A DNA stretch of 64,000 bases from an uncultured Chloroflexia bacterium (GCA_963819655.1 CAWFXA010000003.1:864001-928000), one strand, 5' to 3'. Positions 1 through 9,462 are shown, counted from the first letter of the stretch. Made by a program: numbers and translations. The notes: generated by a model not told the origin, from the sequence alone.

Positions 1-424
1 CGAAAAGGTCGCTCGGGTGGGTCGTGGCGATGATCGCGAGCGCGAAGGTCTCGACCGCGAGCAACCGGCCGACCAGCGACAGGCCGTGGATCGTGCCCTC
101 CTGGTACAGCTCGAACGGTCCCACCCGCATGAACGGCGTGCAGGCGCCCTGACACCCGGCCGGCGCGAGGCTCTGGATGACCAGGATCGACGCGGCCACC
201 GGCGCGAAGATCAGCAGGATCCGTGCGACCCGCGTGCCCACGCCGGCCGACAGAGCCACCGCGAACCCGACCGCCGCCAGCACGAGCAGGGGGATCGGAT
301 GGTACGTGGCGAACGCCACGACGATGACGGCGAGCAGCCAGGCGAGCTTTGCGAGCGGGTCGAGTCGGTGCAGCCACGACGTGCCCCGTTCGGCGGCCAG
401 CGACGGTCCCATCGTGGAAGTCAT
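1..424 (-). CDS. ecfT: ECF transporter transmembrane component T (3' end lies outside the window)
   Basis: Read by hand from ATG 424: MTSTMGPSLAAERGTSWLHRLDPLAKLAW, the typical EcfT N-terminal LHRLDP motif. ATGA overlap with the upstream ATPase stop. Confidence 0.85.
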   Translation of the reverse strand, partial: MTSTMGPSLAAERGTSWLHRLDPLAKLAWLLAVIVVAFATYHPIPLLVLAAVGFAVALSAGVGTRVARILLIFAPVAASILVIQSLAPAGCQGACTPFMRVGPFELYQEGTIHGLSLVGRLLAVETFALAIIATTHPSDLF

Positions 425-1248
425 GTCACGCCCCGGAGCTCGTCGGCGAGTTCAGCGACCGACAGGGCGCCTGGCCGATCGCCCCGCCCCGGCATGGCAA
501 GCGACAGCTCGGTGACCTGGGGAGGCCGCAACCGTGTGGCGGCCATGAGGGCGCGGTCGGACAGGATGGCCCGCGGCGTCCCGTCCGCCGCGATCCGGCC
601 GTCGTGAAGCACGACCACGCGGTCGCTCACCGGCGCGAGCAGCGACATGTCGTGCGTCACGCAGACGACGGTCGTCCCGCCTGCGCGCACGGCGTCGATC
701 AGCTCCGTGATGCGTCGGGTCGTCCGCTGATCCTGGCCCGTGGTGGGCTCGTCGAGGACGAGCACGCTCGGGCGCATCGTGAGCACGGACGCGATCGTCA
801 CGAGCTTGCGCATCGGGAGCGGCAACCGGTACGGGTGCACCGGCAACAAGTCCGTCAGCTGCAGGGTCTCGGCGACCGACGCGACCCGCTCATCGATCTC
901 ATCCACCGCCACGCCAAGGTTGCGCGGGCCGAAAGCCAGCTCCTCGGCGACGGTCCGTGCGAAGAGCTGGTGACCAGGGTTCTGGAACACGTAGCCGACG
1001 TGACGGGCGAGCTCCCGGACCGGGTGCCGCGTGGTATCGAGCCCCGCCACGACGACCCGCCCGGACGTCGGTCGCAGCAGGCCGTTGAGGTGCTTCGCGA
1101 GCGTCGTCTTGCCCGACCCGTTCTGGCCGACGATGCCGAGAGTGGTGCCGCGGACGACCTCGAGTGAGACGCCGTCCAGCGCAGTGACGCCGCCCGGATA
1201 GGCGAACCGCAGGTCGTCGATCGCGACGATCGTCTCGTCGCCGTTCAC
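421..1248 (-). CDS. ecfA2: ECF transporter ATPase (EcfA2/CbiO family)
   Basis: Walker A GQNGSGKTT, YVFQNP, Walker B VLVLDEPTTG, VTHD. Signature is degenerate (LPLPMRK). Confidence 0.9.
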   Translation of the reverse strand: MNGDETIVAIDDLRFAYPGGVTALDGVSLEVVRGTTLGIVGQNGSGKTTLAKHLNGLLRPTSGRVVVAGLDTTRHPVRELARHVGYVFQNPGHQLFARTVAEELAFGPRNLGVAVDEIDERVASVAETLQLTDLLPVHPYRLPLPMRKLVTIASVLTMRPSVLVLDEPTTGQDQRTTRRITELIDAVRAGGTTVVCVTHDMSLLAPVSDRVVVLHDGRIAADGTPRAILSDRALMAATRLRPPQVTELSLAMPGRGDRPGALSVAELADELRGVT

Positions 1249-2087
1249 ACCCGCGCCTCGAACCAGCGGAGCGCTTCGTCGACAGTGACCGGGAGATCGG
1301 GAGCTGCGGGCGCGAGGGCGTGCGCCAGCTCGGTCACGCCGGGCGGTCGAAGCCCAAGGGCATCGAGCTCCTCGACACGGGCCAGCACCTGTCGCGTGCT
1401 CCCCTGGAGCGCGACGCGGCCCTCGGCGAGCACGACGACTCGATCGACGAGAGCCGCCAGGGCCTCGACGTCGTGCTCGGCGATCAGCACGGTCATGCCC
1501 GACTCCCGGTTGAGACGCCGGACGATGGCGAAAACCTCGGTTGTGCCGACGGGGTCGAGGTTGGAAGTCGGCTCGTCCATGACCAGGATCGCCGGTTCCA
1601 TGACGAGCACCGACGCGATCGAGAGGCGCTGCTGCTGCCCGCCGGACAGCGCGAACGGCGAGCGCTCCTCAAGCCCGGTGAGCCCGACCGCCTCGAGCGC
1701 CTCGCCGATCCGCGCCGGCATCGATTCGGGCGCCGCGCCTAGGTTCTCGAGCCCGAACGCGACCTCCTCCGCGACCGTCGCCTGGCTGAACTGGTACTCC
1801 GGGTTGTCGAAGACGACACCGACCGAGCGCGCCATATCGCGGACGGGGGTGGTCGTCGGGTCACGGCCGGCGACGAGCGCGCGACCCGTGACGACAGCCG
1901 GCAGGAGCTGCGGGATGACGCCGTTGAGACACAGCCCAAGCGTCGTCTTGCCCGCCCCGTTGAGGCCCATGATGCCGACGCATTCGCCCGGCGCGACGTC
2001 GAGGTCGATCCCGCTCAGCGCAGGACGCTCGGATCCCGCGTACGTGACGGTCAGGTCGGCGAGCGAGATGATCGGCGCGTCGGCCAT
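1245..2087 (-). CDS. ecfA1: ECF transporter ATPase (EcfA1/CbiO family)
   Basis: GLNGAGKTT, LSGGQQQR, MDEPTSNLD, EEVAFGLEN. Confidence 0.9.
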   Translation of the reverse strand: MADAPIISLADLTVTYAGSERPALSGIDLDVAPGECVGIMGLNGAGKTTLGLCLNGVIPQLLPAVVTGRALVAGRDPTTTPVRDMARSVGVVFDNPEYQFSQATVAEEVAFGLENLGAAPESMPARIGEALEAVGLTGLEERSPFALSGGQQQRLSIASVLVMEPAILVMDEPTSNLDPVGTTEVFAIVRRLNRESGMTVLIAEHDVEALAALVDRVVVLAEGRVALQGSTRQVLARVEELDALGLRPPGVTELAHALAPAAPDLPVTVDEALRWFEARV

Positions 2088-2115
2088 CGTGCGTGGCTCG
2101 CGGACGGTCGTCGCC

Positions 2116-2322
2116 TTAGTCGCGGATGAAGAACGACAGAACGCCGGCGACGACGACGAACAGACCGAGGAGGACGCTCATCCCGGCGAGCACCAGAGCA
2201 GCCTGGTCCCCGGACGTGACGGTCGGCAGGCGCTCGATGGCGAACGGCATCGCGATCGCAAGGATGCCCAGCGCGATGATCCCGGCCCCGAGCCCGTCAC
2301 GCGGTCCGACCGAACGATCCAT
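2116..2322 (-). CDS. small 2-TM membrane protein (68 aa)
   Basis: MDRSVGPRDGLGAGIIALGILAIAMPF...VLSFFIRD with two hydrophobic helices. TGATG coupling to the S-component stop. Confidence 0.65.
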   Translation of the reverse strand: MDRSVGPRDGLGAGIIALGILAIAMPFAIERLPTVTSGDQAALVLAGMSVLLGLFVVVAGVLSFFIRD

Positions 2323-3026
2323 CAGGCGGCCGGCGGTGCGGGAGGCGTCAGGAAGAGGTAAATGGCGACCAGTGCGGCGCCCAGGACGACACCGCCGATC
2401 GCGATGGCCAGCCGACCGTTCGGCGTCGGGGCGGGCAACCGCAGACCGCGACTCAGCTCGGCGGGCAATGCATCGATGATCGCCAGCGCGATGAAGCCGG
2501 TGATGACCTTGTCGGCCAACGACACGATCACGCTCGACGTGAACGCCGCGGCAAGCAGATTCTGGCCGGCCTGGGCGAAGGCCGCGGTAAGAACATCCGA
2601 TGAATGGCCGGTGGCCCCGCCGAACACGAGGACCACGATCGGTGCCGCGACCGCCGAGGTGACCAGGGCGACGATCACGTTGAGCACGAAGAAACGCGAC
2701 GCGCTGGCCCCCATCCCGAACGACCGAACGCCGTAGCCCCACACGAGAGCGCCGGCGACGTTCACGAGCGCGAACGGCACGTTGACGGGCCCCGTCACGA
2801 ACGCCCCAGCCGTGTTGCTGATGACGCCGACGAGCGCGCCCCACCACGGCCCAAGGAGGATCGCCACCACGGCGGTCCCGATCATGTCGAGGAACGTCGG
2901 GAGGCCGAGGGCCGTGTTGATCGTCCCACCGACCACGTTGAGCGCGGCCGCGACCGGCACCAGCGCGACGACGTATGCGAGCGGGATCCGCGACGAGCCC
3001 CGATCCGGGACGGAGACCGCTGTCAT
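2322..3026 (-). CDS. ECF transporter substrate-specific S component
   Basis: About 6 TM helices plus an extra C-terminal helix; LGLPTFLDMIGTAVVAILLGPWWG and SLADKVIT motifs; lies in the ECF operon. Confidence 0.85.
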   Translation of the reverse strand: MTAVSVPDRGSSRIPLAYVVALVPVAAALNVVGGTINTALGLPTFLDMIGTAVVAILLGPWWGALVGVISNTAGAFVTGPVNVPFALVNVAGALVWGYGVRSFGMGASASRFFVLNVIVALVTSAVAAPIVVLVFGGATGHSSDVLTAAFAQAGQNLLAAAFTSSVIVSLADKVITGFIALAIIDALPAELSRGLRLPAPTPNGRLAIAIGGVVLGAALVAIYLFLTPPAPPAA

Positions 3027-3036
3027 CCCCACAAAT

Positions 3037-3864
3037 CTACACGTCTGCCCGACGGTAGAGACGGCGTCGAGGGACACCGGTCTCCGCGGCCACCCGACGG
3101 GCCGCCTCACCGCGGGCGACGCCCTCCGCCACCAACCGATCGACGGCGGCCAGGGCAGTGGCGACCGCGTCCTCGCGCGGACCCTCTCGGGCCTCACCCA
3201 TCCCGACGACGAGCACGAACTCGCCACGCGCGGGGATGGAGCCGTCGTCGACGGCCACCCCCAGCTCGGCGAGCGTGCCTCGGACGATCTGCTCGTGCAT
3301 CTTGGTCAGCTCGCGGGCCACGGCGCCGGACCGGGCTTCCCCGCAGGCCGCGACCAGGTCGCGCAGCGTCCCGGCCACGCGACCCGGAGCCTCGAAGATC
3401 ACGCTCCCGCGCGTGTCTGCGGCGATCGCCTCAAGTCGCTCGCGCCGCTCCCGACCGGAGCGCGGCAGGAACCCCTCGAACGCCCAGCGCGGACCGGCGA
3501 CACCGGTCGCCGCCACCGCGGCAAGGACGGCGGATGCGCCAGGGATCGGCACGACACGTCCGCCGGCCGCGGCCCATGCCGCCACGAGGTCCGCGCCCGG
3601 ATCGCTGACGGCGGGCGTCCCGGCGTCGGTCACTAGCGCGAGATCCTGCCCGTTCCGCAGGTGCTCGACCAGCGCGTCCAGCCGGCTCCCGGGGCTGCGC
3701 GCATGGAAGCTGGTCGTTCGTCCGGTGATGCCGTGGCGATCGAGCAGCCTCCGCGTCAAGCGCGTGTCCTCAGCGGCGATCAACGGCACCTCGCGCAGCA
3801 CGTCGAGCGCTCGCAGGGTCACGTCGGCAAGGTTGCCGATCGGGGTGGCGACGACATAGAGCAC
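3037..3864 (-). CDS. rsmI: 16S rRNA (cytidine(1402)-2'-O)-methyltransferase
   Basis: LYVVATPIGNL, AAEDTR, DAGTPAVSDPG, ARELTKMHE. Confidence 0.95.
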   Translation of the reverse strand: MLYVVATPIGNLADVTLRALDVLREVPLIAAEDTRLTRRLLDRHGITGRTTSFHARSPGSRLDALVEHLRNGQDLALVTDAGTPAVSDPGADLVAAWAAAGGRVVPIPGASAVLAAVAATGVAGPRWAFEGFLPRSGRERRERLEAIAADTRGSVIFEAPGRVAGTLRDLVAACGEARSGAVARELTKMHEQIVRGTLAELGVAVDDGSIPARGEFVLVVGMGEAREGPREDAVATALAAVDRLVAEGVARGEAARRVAAETGVPRRRLYRRADV

Positions 3865-3892
3865 ACCGCCCGCGGCCGCGCCGCCGGCGGCG

Positions 3893-4756
3893 TCACCCGC
3901 GTGCCGAGCCCGGCCGTCGACGCGGGTACAGGTAGTCGACGCCGGCGGTCCGCGGCCCGAGCTTGGCGATCGGTGGGACCTGGCGCTTGAACTCTGCCCC
4001 GGCCACCATCCGGTCGACGCGCTCGATCATCTCGCGCGGGAACCCGAGCGCCACGACCTCGTCGATCGAGCGGCGCTTGTCGATGCGCCAGAACAGCAGT
4101 CGATCGAGCGTCGGGTAGTCGAACCCGGCTTCCTGCTCGTCCGTCTGGCCGGGCCACAGGTCGGCCGATGGCGCCTTGCGGAGGATCTCGTCGGGCACAC
4201 CGATCGCCGCGGCCATCTGTCGGACCTGGCTCTTGTACAGGTCACCGATCGGGTTGAAGGCGCAGGCGCTGTCGCCGAAGAGCGTCGTGTAGCCGATCAG
4301 CGATTCGGTCTTGTTGCCAGTCCCCACGACGAGACCGTTCCAGGTGACCGACCGGTCGTACAGAACGGCCATCCGCATGCGGGCCATGAAGTTGCCCCGG
4401 CGGAGCGAGGAAGCGTCGCTTGCCGGGCCGTAGAAACCATCGACCATCGGCGAGATGTCGACGAGCTCCGACGTGGCAGCCACCCTCCGAACGACCTCCT
4501 CGGCGTCCGAGAGCGAGGCCGGCGATGAGGTCCGATACGGCATCTGCACACACAACAGGCGATCCGCCCCGATCGCCTCGGCCGTCAGGTACGCCACGAG
4601 CGCCGAATCGATCCCGCCGGACAGCCCGAGCACGGCCTTGTCGAAACCGGCCTGGCGCAGCTGGCCGCGGATGAACTCGCCGATGATCCGCCGCGCGACG
4701 TCCGTGTCGATCGCGAGCTCGGTCGGCAGTTCGAACGCGGGCGGCAGCGCGGTCAC
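3893..4756 (-). CDS. nadE: NAD+ synthetase (synthetase domain only)
   Basis: GLSGGIDSA P-loop, GNFMARMRM, GTGNKTE, GYTTLFGD, KAPSADLWPGQTDE. Confidence 0.95.
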   Translation of the reverse strand: MTALPPAFELPTELAIDTDVARRIIGEFIRGQLRQAGFDKAVLGLSGGIDSALVAYLTAEAIGADRLLCVQMPYRTSSPASLSDAEEVVRRVAATSELVDISPMVDGFYGPASDASSLRRGNFMARMRMAVLYDRSVTWNGLVVGTGNKTESLIGYTTLFGDSACAFNPIGDLYKSQVRQMAAAIGVPDEILRKAPSADLWPGQTDEQEAGFDYPTLDRLLFWRIDKRRSIDEVVALGFPREMIERVDRMVAGAEFKRQVPPIAKLGPRTAGVDYLYPRRRPGSARG

Positions 4757-5721
4757 GAGCCGGCCTTCTTCCGGAAGCCGATCGGGTGCGGCGTCCGATC
4801 GCCCGGGGCGACGTCGAGGCCCGCCTCGGCACCCGGATCACTCGTCGAGTCACGGGCCAGACCGGCCCGTTCGGCCACGATCCGCGACAGCTCGCGGACC
4901 TGGAACTCGGGGCGCTCGTCGCGCAGCAGCGGCAGCCCGATCCGCTCGCGCCGGATGTCGGCGGTGGCGATATCCACCGTGAACAGGCCCTCGTCGTAGA
5001 GCGGCGCGGAGAACACGGCGGCGCCATTCGGGCCGATGACCTCCGAGCCGCCCCAGAACGAGATCGATTCGTCGACGCCGACGCGGTTGCAGAAGATCAC
5101 GAAGGTCGTCGTCAGCTGTGCATATGTCCGCATGAGCCCGCGCCATGACGTCGCGGTCCCGAGCCCGACCTCGTTCGTGGCGGCCAGGTCGCGTCCTGGC
5201 GACGACGACACGTTGATCAGGATCTGGGCGCCGTCGAGGGCGAGGAGCTGGGGCACCGGCAGGTGCCAGAAGTCCTCGCAGATCGCGAGCCCGATGCCCA
5301 CCCCGAGTCGGGACGGCACCGCACGCAGCATGTCGCCGTGGGCGAAGAACCGCCGTTCGTCGAACAGGCCGTACGTCGGCAGGAAGACCTTGCGATGGAC
5401 GTGGCAGACCTCGCCGTTCTCGAGCAGGGCCGCGGCGATGAACAGCCGGTGGTCGGCCGACTCCTCGACGAACGACACGACCGCGGACAGGTCGCGGGTC
5501 GCAGCGGCAAGGTCGGCCAGGCGCGCATCGTCGAGGCGCATCGCGACCTCGGACGCCAGGTCCTGGAGCTGGTAGCCCGTGAGGCCGAGCTCGGGGAAGA
5601 TGACGAGGTCGGCGCCCTTGGCGCGAGCGTCGGCGAGGAGCTCGTGGTGCCGGGCAAGGTTGGCGTCGAGCTGGCCCAGCGCCGGTGCGATCTGTGCGAG
5701 GGCGACCCGCACGGTCTTCAT
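4753..5721 (-). CDS. carbon-nitrogen hydrolase (nitrilase family), probable glutaminase partner of NadE
   Basis: Triad motifs IFPEL, RKVFLPTYGLFDE and AICEDFW. Stop overlaps the nadE start (GTGA). Confidence 0.85.
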   Translation of the reverse strand: MKTVRVALAQIAPALGQLDANLARHHELLADARAKGADLVIFPELGLTGYQLQDLASEVAMRLDDARLADLAAATRDLSAVVSFVEESADHRLFIAAALLENGEVCHVHRKVFLPTYGLFDERRFFAHGDMLRAVPSRLGVGIGLAICEDFWHLPVPQLLALDGAQILINVSSSPGRDLAATNEVGLGTATSWRGLMRTYAQLTTTFVIFCNRVGVDESISFWGGSEVIGPNGAAVFSAPLYDEGLFTVDIATADIRRERIGLPLLRDERPEFQVRELSRIVAERAGLARDSTSDPGAEAGLDVAPGDRTPHPIGFRKKAGS

Positions 5722-5762
5722 GCGCCCGAGCATACGCGAACCCGATGCTAGGCTACGACGCG

Positions 5763-7553
5763 ATGTCACGAACGCGACCACGGCCGAGCCGGCTGCTGTC
5801 GGCCGGCATGGCGGCGATCGTCGCGCTCGTCGGCTGCGGCGGCCCGGCGCCGTCCGCATCGCCCGGAACGAGCCAGCTCGCCGGCCCGCTCAGCACCGAC
5901 GCCTTTCCGACGGCGCCACCCAGTAGCGGCCCGTTCGAGCCGATGGTGTACCCGATCGACGGCCCGGCGCCGTGCGAGGAACCGGCCAGCGCCGACCCGG
6001 CGTTCGGACCGTACGGAGGGTCGATCCGTCGGATCAGCGCGATCGACCCGCTGACGGTCGTCTTCGAGCTGTGCGACGCGGATCCCGCGTTCCTGGCCAA
6101 GATCGCATCGCCGTCCCTGGCGATCGACGATACGGCCTGGCTTCAGAGCCGGATCGACCCCACCGCCGACCGCCAGCGGATCCTGACCGAGGTCAACGGC
6201 ACCGGCCCGTTCCGCCTGAACGGCTGGGACGGCAACGGCGACATCGCGCTCACCAGGTCGACCACGTATTGGGGCGATCGTGCCAGGACGGGAGACGTGA
6301 TCTTCGTCGCGGAGGGCGATGCCGGTCGGCGTCTCGACAAGCTGCGCGAGGGATCGGTCGACGCGATCGACATCGTGGCGCCGGGCGATCTCGAAGCGGT
6401 CGATGGCAATCCGGAGCTGACCGTCGCCCACCGCCAGGGCCTCAATGTCGCCTACGTCGGCTTCGACAATCGCTTCGCGCCGTTCGACAACGAGGTCGTC
6501 CGCCAGGCCATCGGGCTCGGCATCGACCGGGCGGCGATCGTCGAGGCGGCCTTCCCGCCCGGGACCGAGGTCGCCAGCCACTTCCTGCCGTGCGCGATCC
6601 CGTACGGCTGCGAGGGCACTGCCTGGCCCGAGCCCGACCCGGAGGCCGCCCGCGACTTACTGGCCGAGGTCGGCTTCGCGGAGGGCTTTACCTCGACGAT
6701 CAGCTACAGCGACGAGCCGCGCGACTACCTGCCCGACCCGAGCGCGGCCGCGACGGCCCTCCAGACGCAGCTCCGCGAGCAGCTCGGCATCACCGCCGAG
6801 CTCACCGTCCTGCCGTTCGACGAGCTGACCGCCGCCGTCGACGCGGGGAGGCTCAGCGGGTTCTACCTGCTCGGTGCACGGGCGCGCTACCCGGACCCCA
6901 GCATCCTGCTGGAGAGTCACTTCGGGCCGGCGGCCAGCCTCCAGTTCGGCAACCGCTTCGACGACCTCGCTCGCTGGCTCGCGCGCGGTCGCGTGGCCGA
7001 CCCCACGGCACGCGCGAAGGGCTACGGCGGGGTGAACGACCTCGTTCGCGGCCACGTCCCGATGATCCCGCTCGCGCACGTCGGCTCGGCCGCCGTCTTC
7101 CGGACCGACGTCCGCGGCGCCCAGGCAAGCGCCACCGCGACCGATCGGCTGGCGACGGTCATGCCGGGCGATCGGACCCAGTTCGTGTACATGCAGCACG
7201 ATCGGCCGGGCGGGCTCTTCTGCGGGGACGAGACCGACGACGTCGCCCTCCGCGTGTGCGCGCAGCTGTCCGAGTCGTTGTATCGCCATGACCTGCCCGA
7301 GCCCAGCCTGTCGCCGTCCCTCGCCGAGGCGTGTGTGCCGGACGACGACCTCATCGTCTGGACGTGCACGCTGCGGGCCGGGGTGTCCTTCCACGATGGC
7401 GCCGCGCTCGATGCCAATGACGTGGTGCTGTCGTACGCGATCCGCTGGGATGCCGCCCATCCGTTGCACCATGGACGCGAGGGCACCTTCGCGGCATTCA
7501 CGGATCGATTCGGGGGATTCCTCCACCCGCCGGCACCCGTCCCCGCACCCTAG
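5763..7553 (+). CDS. family 5 (DppA-like) ABC substrate-binding lipoprotein, circularly permuted, paralog 1
   Basis: Lipobox LVGC; GTGPFRL; PFDNEVVRQAI; the LAE..WTCTLRAGVSFHDG motif is at the C-terminus. Confidence 0.88.
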   Translation: MSRTRPRPSRLLSAGMAAIVALVGCGGPAPSASPGTSQLAGPLSTDAFPTAPPSSGPFEPMVYPIDGPAPCEEPASADPAFGPYGGSIRRISAIDPLTVVFELCDADPAFLAKIASPSLAIDDTAWLQSRIDPTADRQRILTEVNGTGPFRLNGWDGNGDIALTRSTTYWGDRARTGDVIFVAEGDAGRRLDKLREGSVDAIDIVAPGDLEAVDGNPELTVAHRQGLNVAYVGFDNRFAPFDNEVVRQAIGLGIDRAAIVEAAFPPGTEVASHFLPCAIPYGCEGTAWPEPDPEAARDLLAEVGFAEGFTSTISYSDEPRDYLPDPSAAATALQTQLREQLGITAELTVLPFDELTAAVDAGRLSGFYLLGARARYPDPSILLESHFGPAASLQFGNRFDDLARWLARGRVADPTARAKGYGGVNDLVRGHVPMIPLAHVGSAAVFRTDVRGAQASATATDRLATVMPGDRTQFVYMQHDRPGGLFCGDETDDVALRVCAQLSESLYRHDLPEPSLSPSLAEACVPDDDLIVWTCTLRAGVSFHDGAALDANDVVLSYAIRWDAAHPLHHGREGTFAAFTDRFGGFLHPPAPVPAP

Positions 7554-7692
7554 CAACGGGCGCGAACCGGTGCTAAGGTTCCCGCGCACCTTCGCCGGAC
7601 CATGTCCGGCGCTGAGCGAAAAGAGCCCGTCGCGGTCGGCAGGGAGGTCTACGAGCCGCCGAGCGGGCCCATAAGAGGAGGAGTACCTGCGC

Positions 7693-9462
7693 ATGACTCG
7701 TTCAGCGAGTTTGCCGCTTCGGTTCGTCGCGTTGCTCGGCACCGCGGCGATCATCGCGGCCTGTACCGGCACGACGGCGTCTCCGAGCGCCCCGGCCAGC
7801 GAGGCGCCCAGCGTTGCGCCATCGGCTTCGGCCGCAGCGTTCGAAGCGATGGCATACCCCGCCACCGGCGAGGCCCCGTGCGGGGAGGCCGCGGCGCCCG
7901 ACGCCCAGCACGACGTCTACAAGGGCAACTTCAAGAAGATCAGCGCCACCGACGCCAGCACGGTCGTCTTCGAACTGTGCAACCCGGATGTCGCGTTCCT
8001 CTCGAAGATCGCGTTCACCTCGTTCGCGATCAACGACACCGCCTGGATAGAGGCGAAGGTCGACCCGAGCAAGCCCGACAACCAGGCGATCGTCTCCGAG
8101 GTCAACGGCACCGGCCCTTACAAGCTCGACGCCTGGAACCGTGGCTCGGATGTCACGATGGTCCGCAACGACGCCTACTGGGGCGACAAGGCCAAGACCG
8201 AGCGCCTGATCGTCCGGTGGGGCACGGAGGCCGCGCAGCGGCTTGTCGAGCTCCAGGCAGGCAGCGGCGTCGACGGCATCGATAACGTCGGGGCGACCGA
8301 CTTCCCGACCGTCGAGGGCAACGCCGACCTGCAGCTGAAGCCGCGCGAGGGCCTCAACACGCTCTACTTCGGCTTCAACAACAAGTTCCCGCCGTTCGAC
8401 AATGAGAAGGTCCGCCAAGCGATCGCCATCGGGATCGACCGCCAGCGCATCGTCGACAACTTCAGCCCTCCGGGCTCCGAGGTCGCGACCCACTTCACGC
8501 CGTGCTCGATCGCCGGCGGATGTGAGGGCGAGGCCTGGCCTGCCTTCGACCTGGCGGCCGCCAAGCAGATGCTCGCAGACGCAGGGTTCGCGAACGGCTT
8601 CGAGACCAAGATCCAGTACCGCGACGTGTCGCGCTCGTACGCCGAGAACCAGAACGTCCTCGCGCAGGACCTCCAGGCTCAGCTGGCGACGCTCGGCATC
8701 ACCGCGACGATCGAGGTCCAGGAATCCGGAACCTTCATCGACAACGCCGACGGTGGCAAGCTCGATGGGATCCACATCCTCGGTTGGGGGGCGGACTATC
8801 CGGATGCCACCAACTTCCTCGATTACCACTTCGGTGGCGGCGCGTCCGCCCAGTTCGGTGACAAGTTCGATGACATCACCGGACCGCTCCAGCAGGGCGC
8901 GACCGGGCTTGACGATGCCAGCCGTGCACCGTTCTACGGCCAGGCCAACGACGCCATCCGGACGCGTGTCCCGATGATCCCGATCGCGCACCAGGGATCG
9001 GCGACCGCCTACCGGGCGGACGTCCAGGGCGCGCACAGCTCGCCGCTCGGCAACGAGGCGTTCTTCGGGATGACGCCGGGCGACCGCACCCAGTTCGTCT
9101 TCATGCAGGGCGCCGAGCCACCCGGCCTCTATTGCGCCGACGAGTCGGACGGCGAGGCCCTCCGCGTCTGCGAGCAGATGATGGAAGGGCTCTATGCCTA
9201 TGAGATCGCCGGCACCGCCGCGATCCCCGCTCTCGCCGAATCGTGCGAGCCGAACACGGGTCTCGATGTATGGACCTGCACGCTCCGCCAGGGCGTGACG
9301 TTCCACGACGGGGCCACGCTCGACGCGAACGACGTGGTGCTCACGTATGCGGTCCAGTGGGACGCCGACCACGAGCGCCACATCGGACGTGACAACTCGT
9401 TCACGTACTTCCCAGCGCTGTTCGGTGGGTTCCTCAACCCGCCGGTGCCGCCTCCGGCGTGA
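7693..9462 (+). CDS. family 5 (DppA-like) ABC substrate-binding lipoprotein, circularly permuted, paralog 2
   Basis: SD GAGGAGG; lipobox IAAC; GTGPYKL; GWGADYPD; the LAESC..TLRQGVTFHDG motif is at the C-terminus. Confidence 0.92.
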   Translation: MTRSASLPLRFVALLGTAAIIAACTGTTASPSAPASEAPSVAPSASAAAFEAMAYPATGEAPCGEAAAPDAQHDVYKGNFKKISATDASTVVFELCNPDVAFLSKIAFTSFAINDTAWIEAKVDPSKPDNQAIVSEVNGTGPYKLDAWNRGSDVTMVRNDAYWGDKAKTERLIVRWGTEAAQRLVELQAGSGVDGIDNVGATDFPTVEGNADLQLKPREGLNTLYFGFNNKFPPFDNEKVRQAIAIGIDRQRIVDNFSPPGSEVATHFTPCSIAGGCEGEAWPAFDLAAAKQMLADAGFANGFETKIQYRDVSRSYAENQNVLAQDLQAQLATLGITATIEVQESGTFIDNADGGKLDGIHILGWGADYPDATNFLDYHFGGGASAQFGDKFDDITGPLQQGATGLDDASRAPFYGQANDAIRTRVPMIPIAHQGSATAYRADVQGAHSSPLGNEAFFGMTPGDRTQFVFMQGAEPPGLYCADESDGEALRVCEQMMEGLYAYEIAGTAAIPALAESCEPNTGLDVWTCTLRQGVTFHDGATLDANDVVLTYAVQWDADHERHIGRDNSFTYFPALFGGFLNPPVPPPA

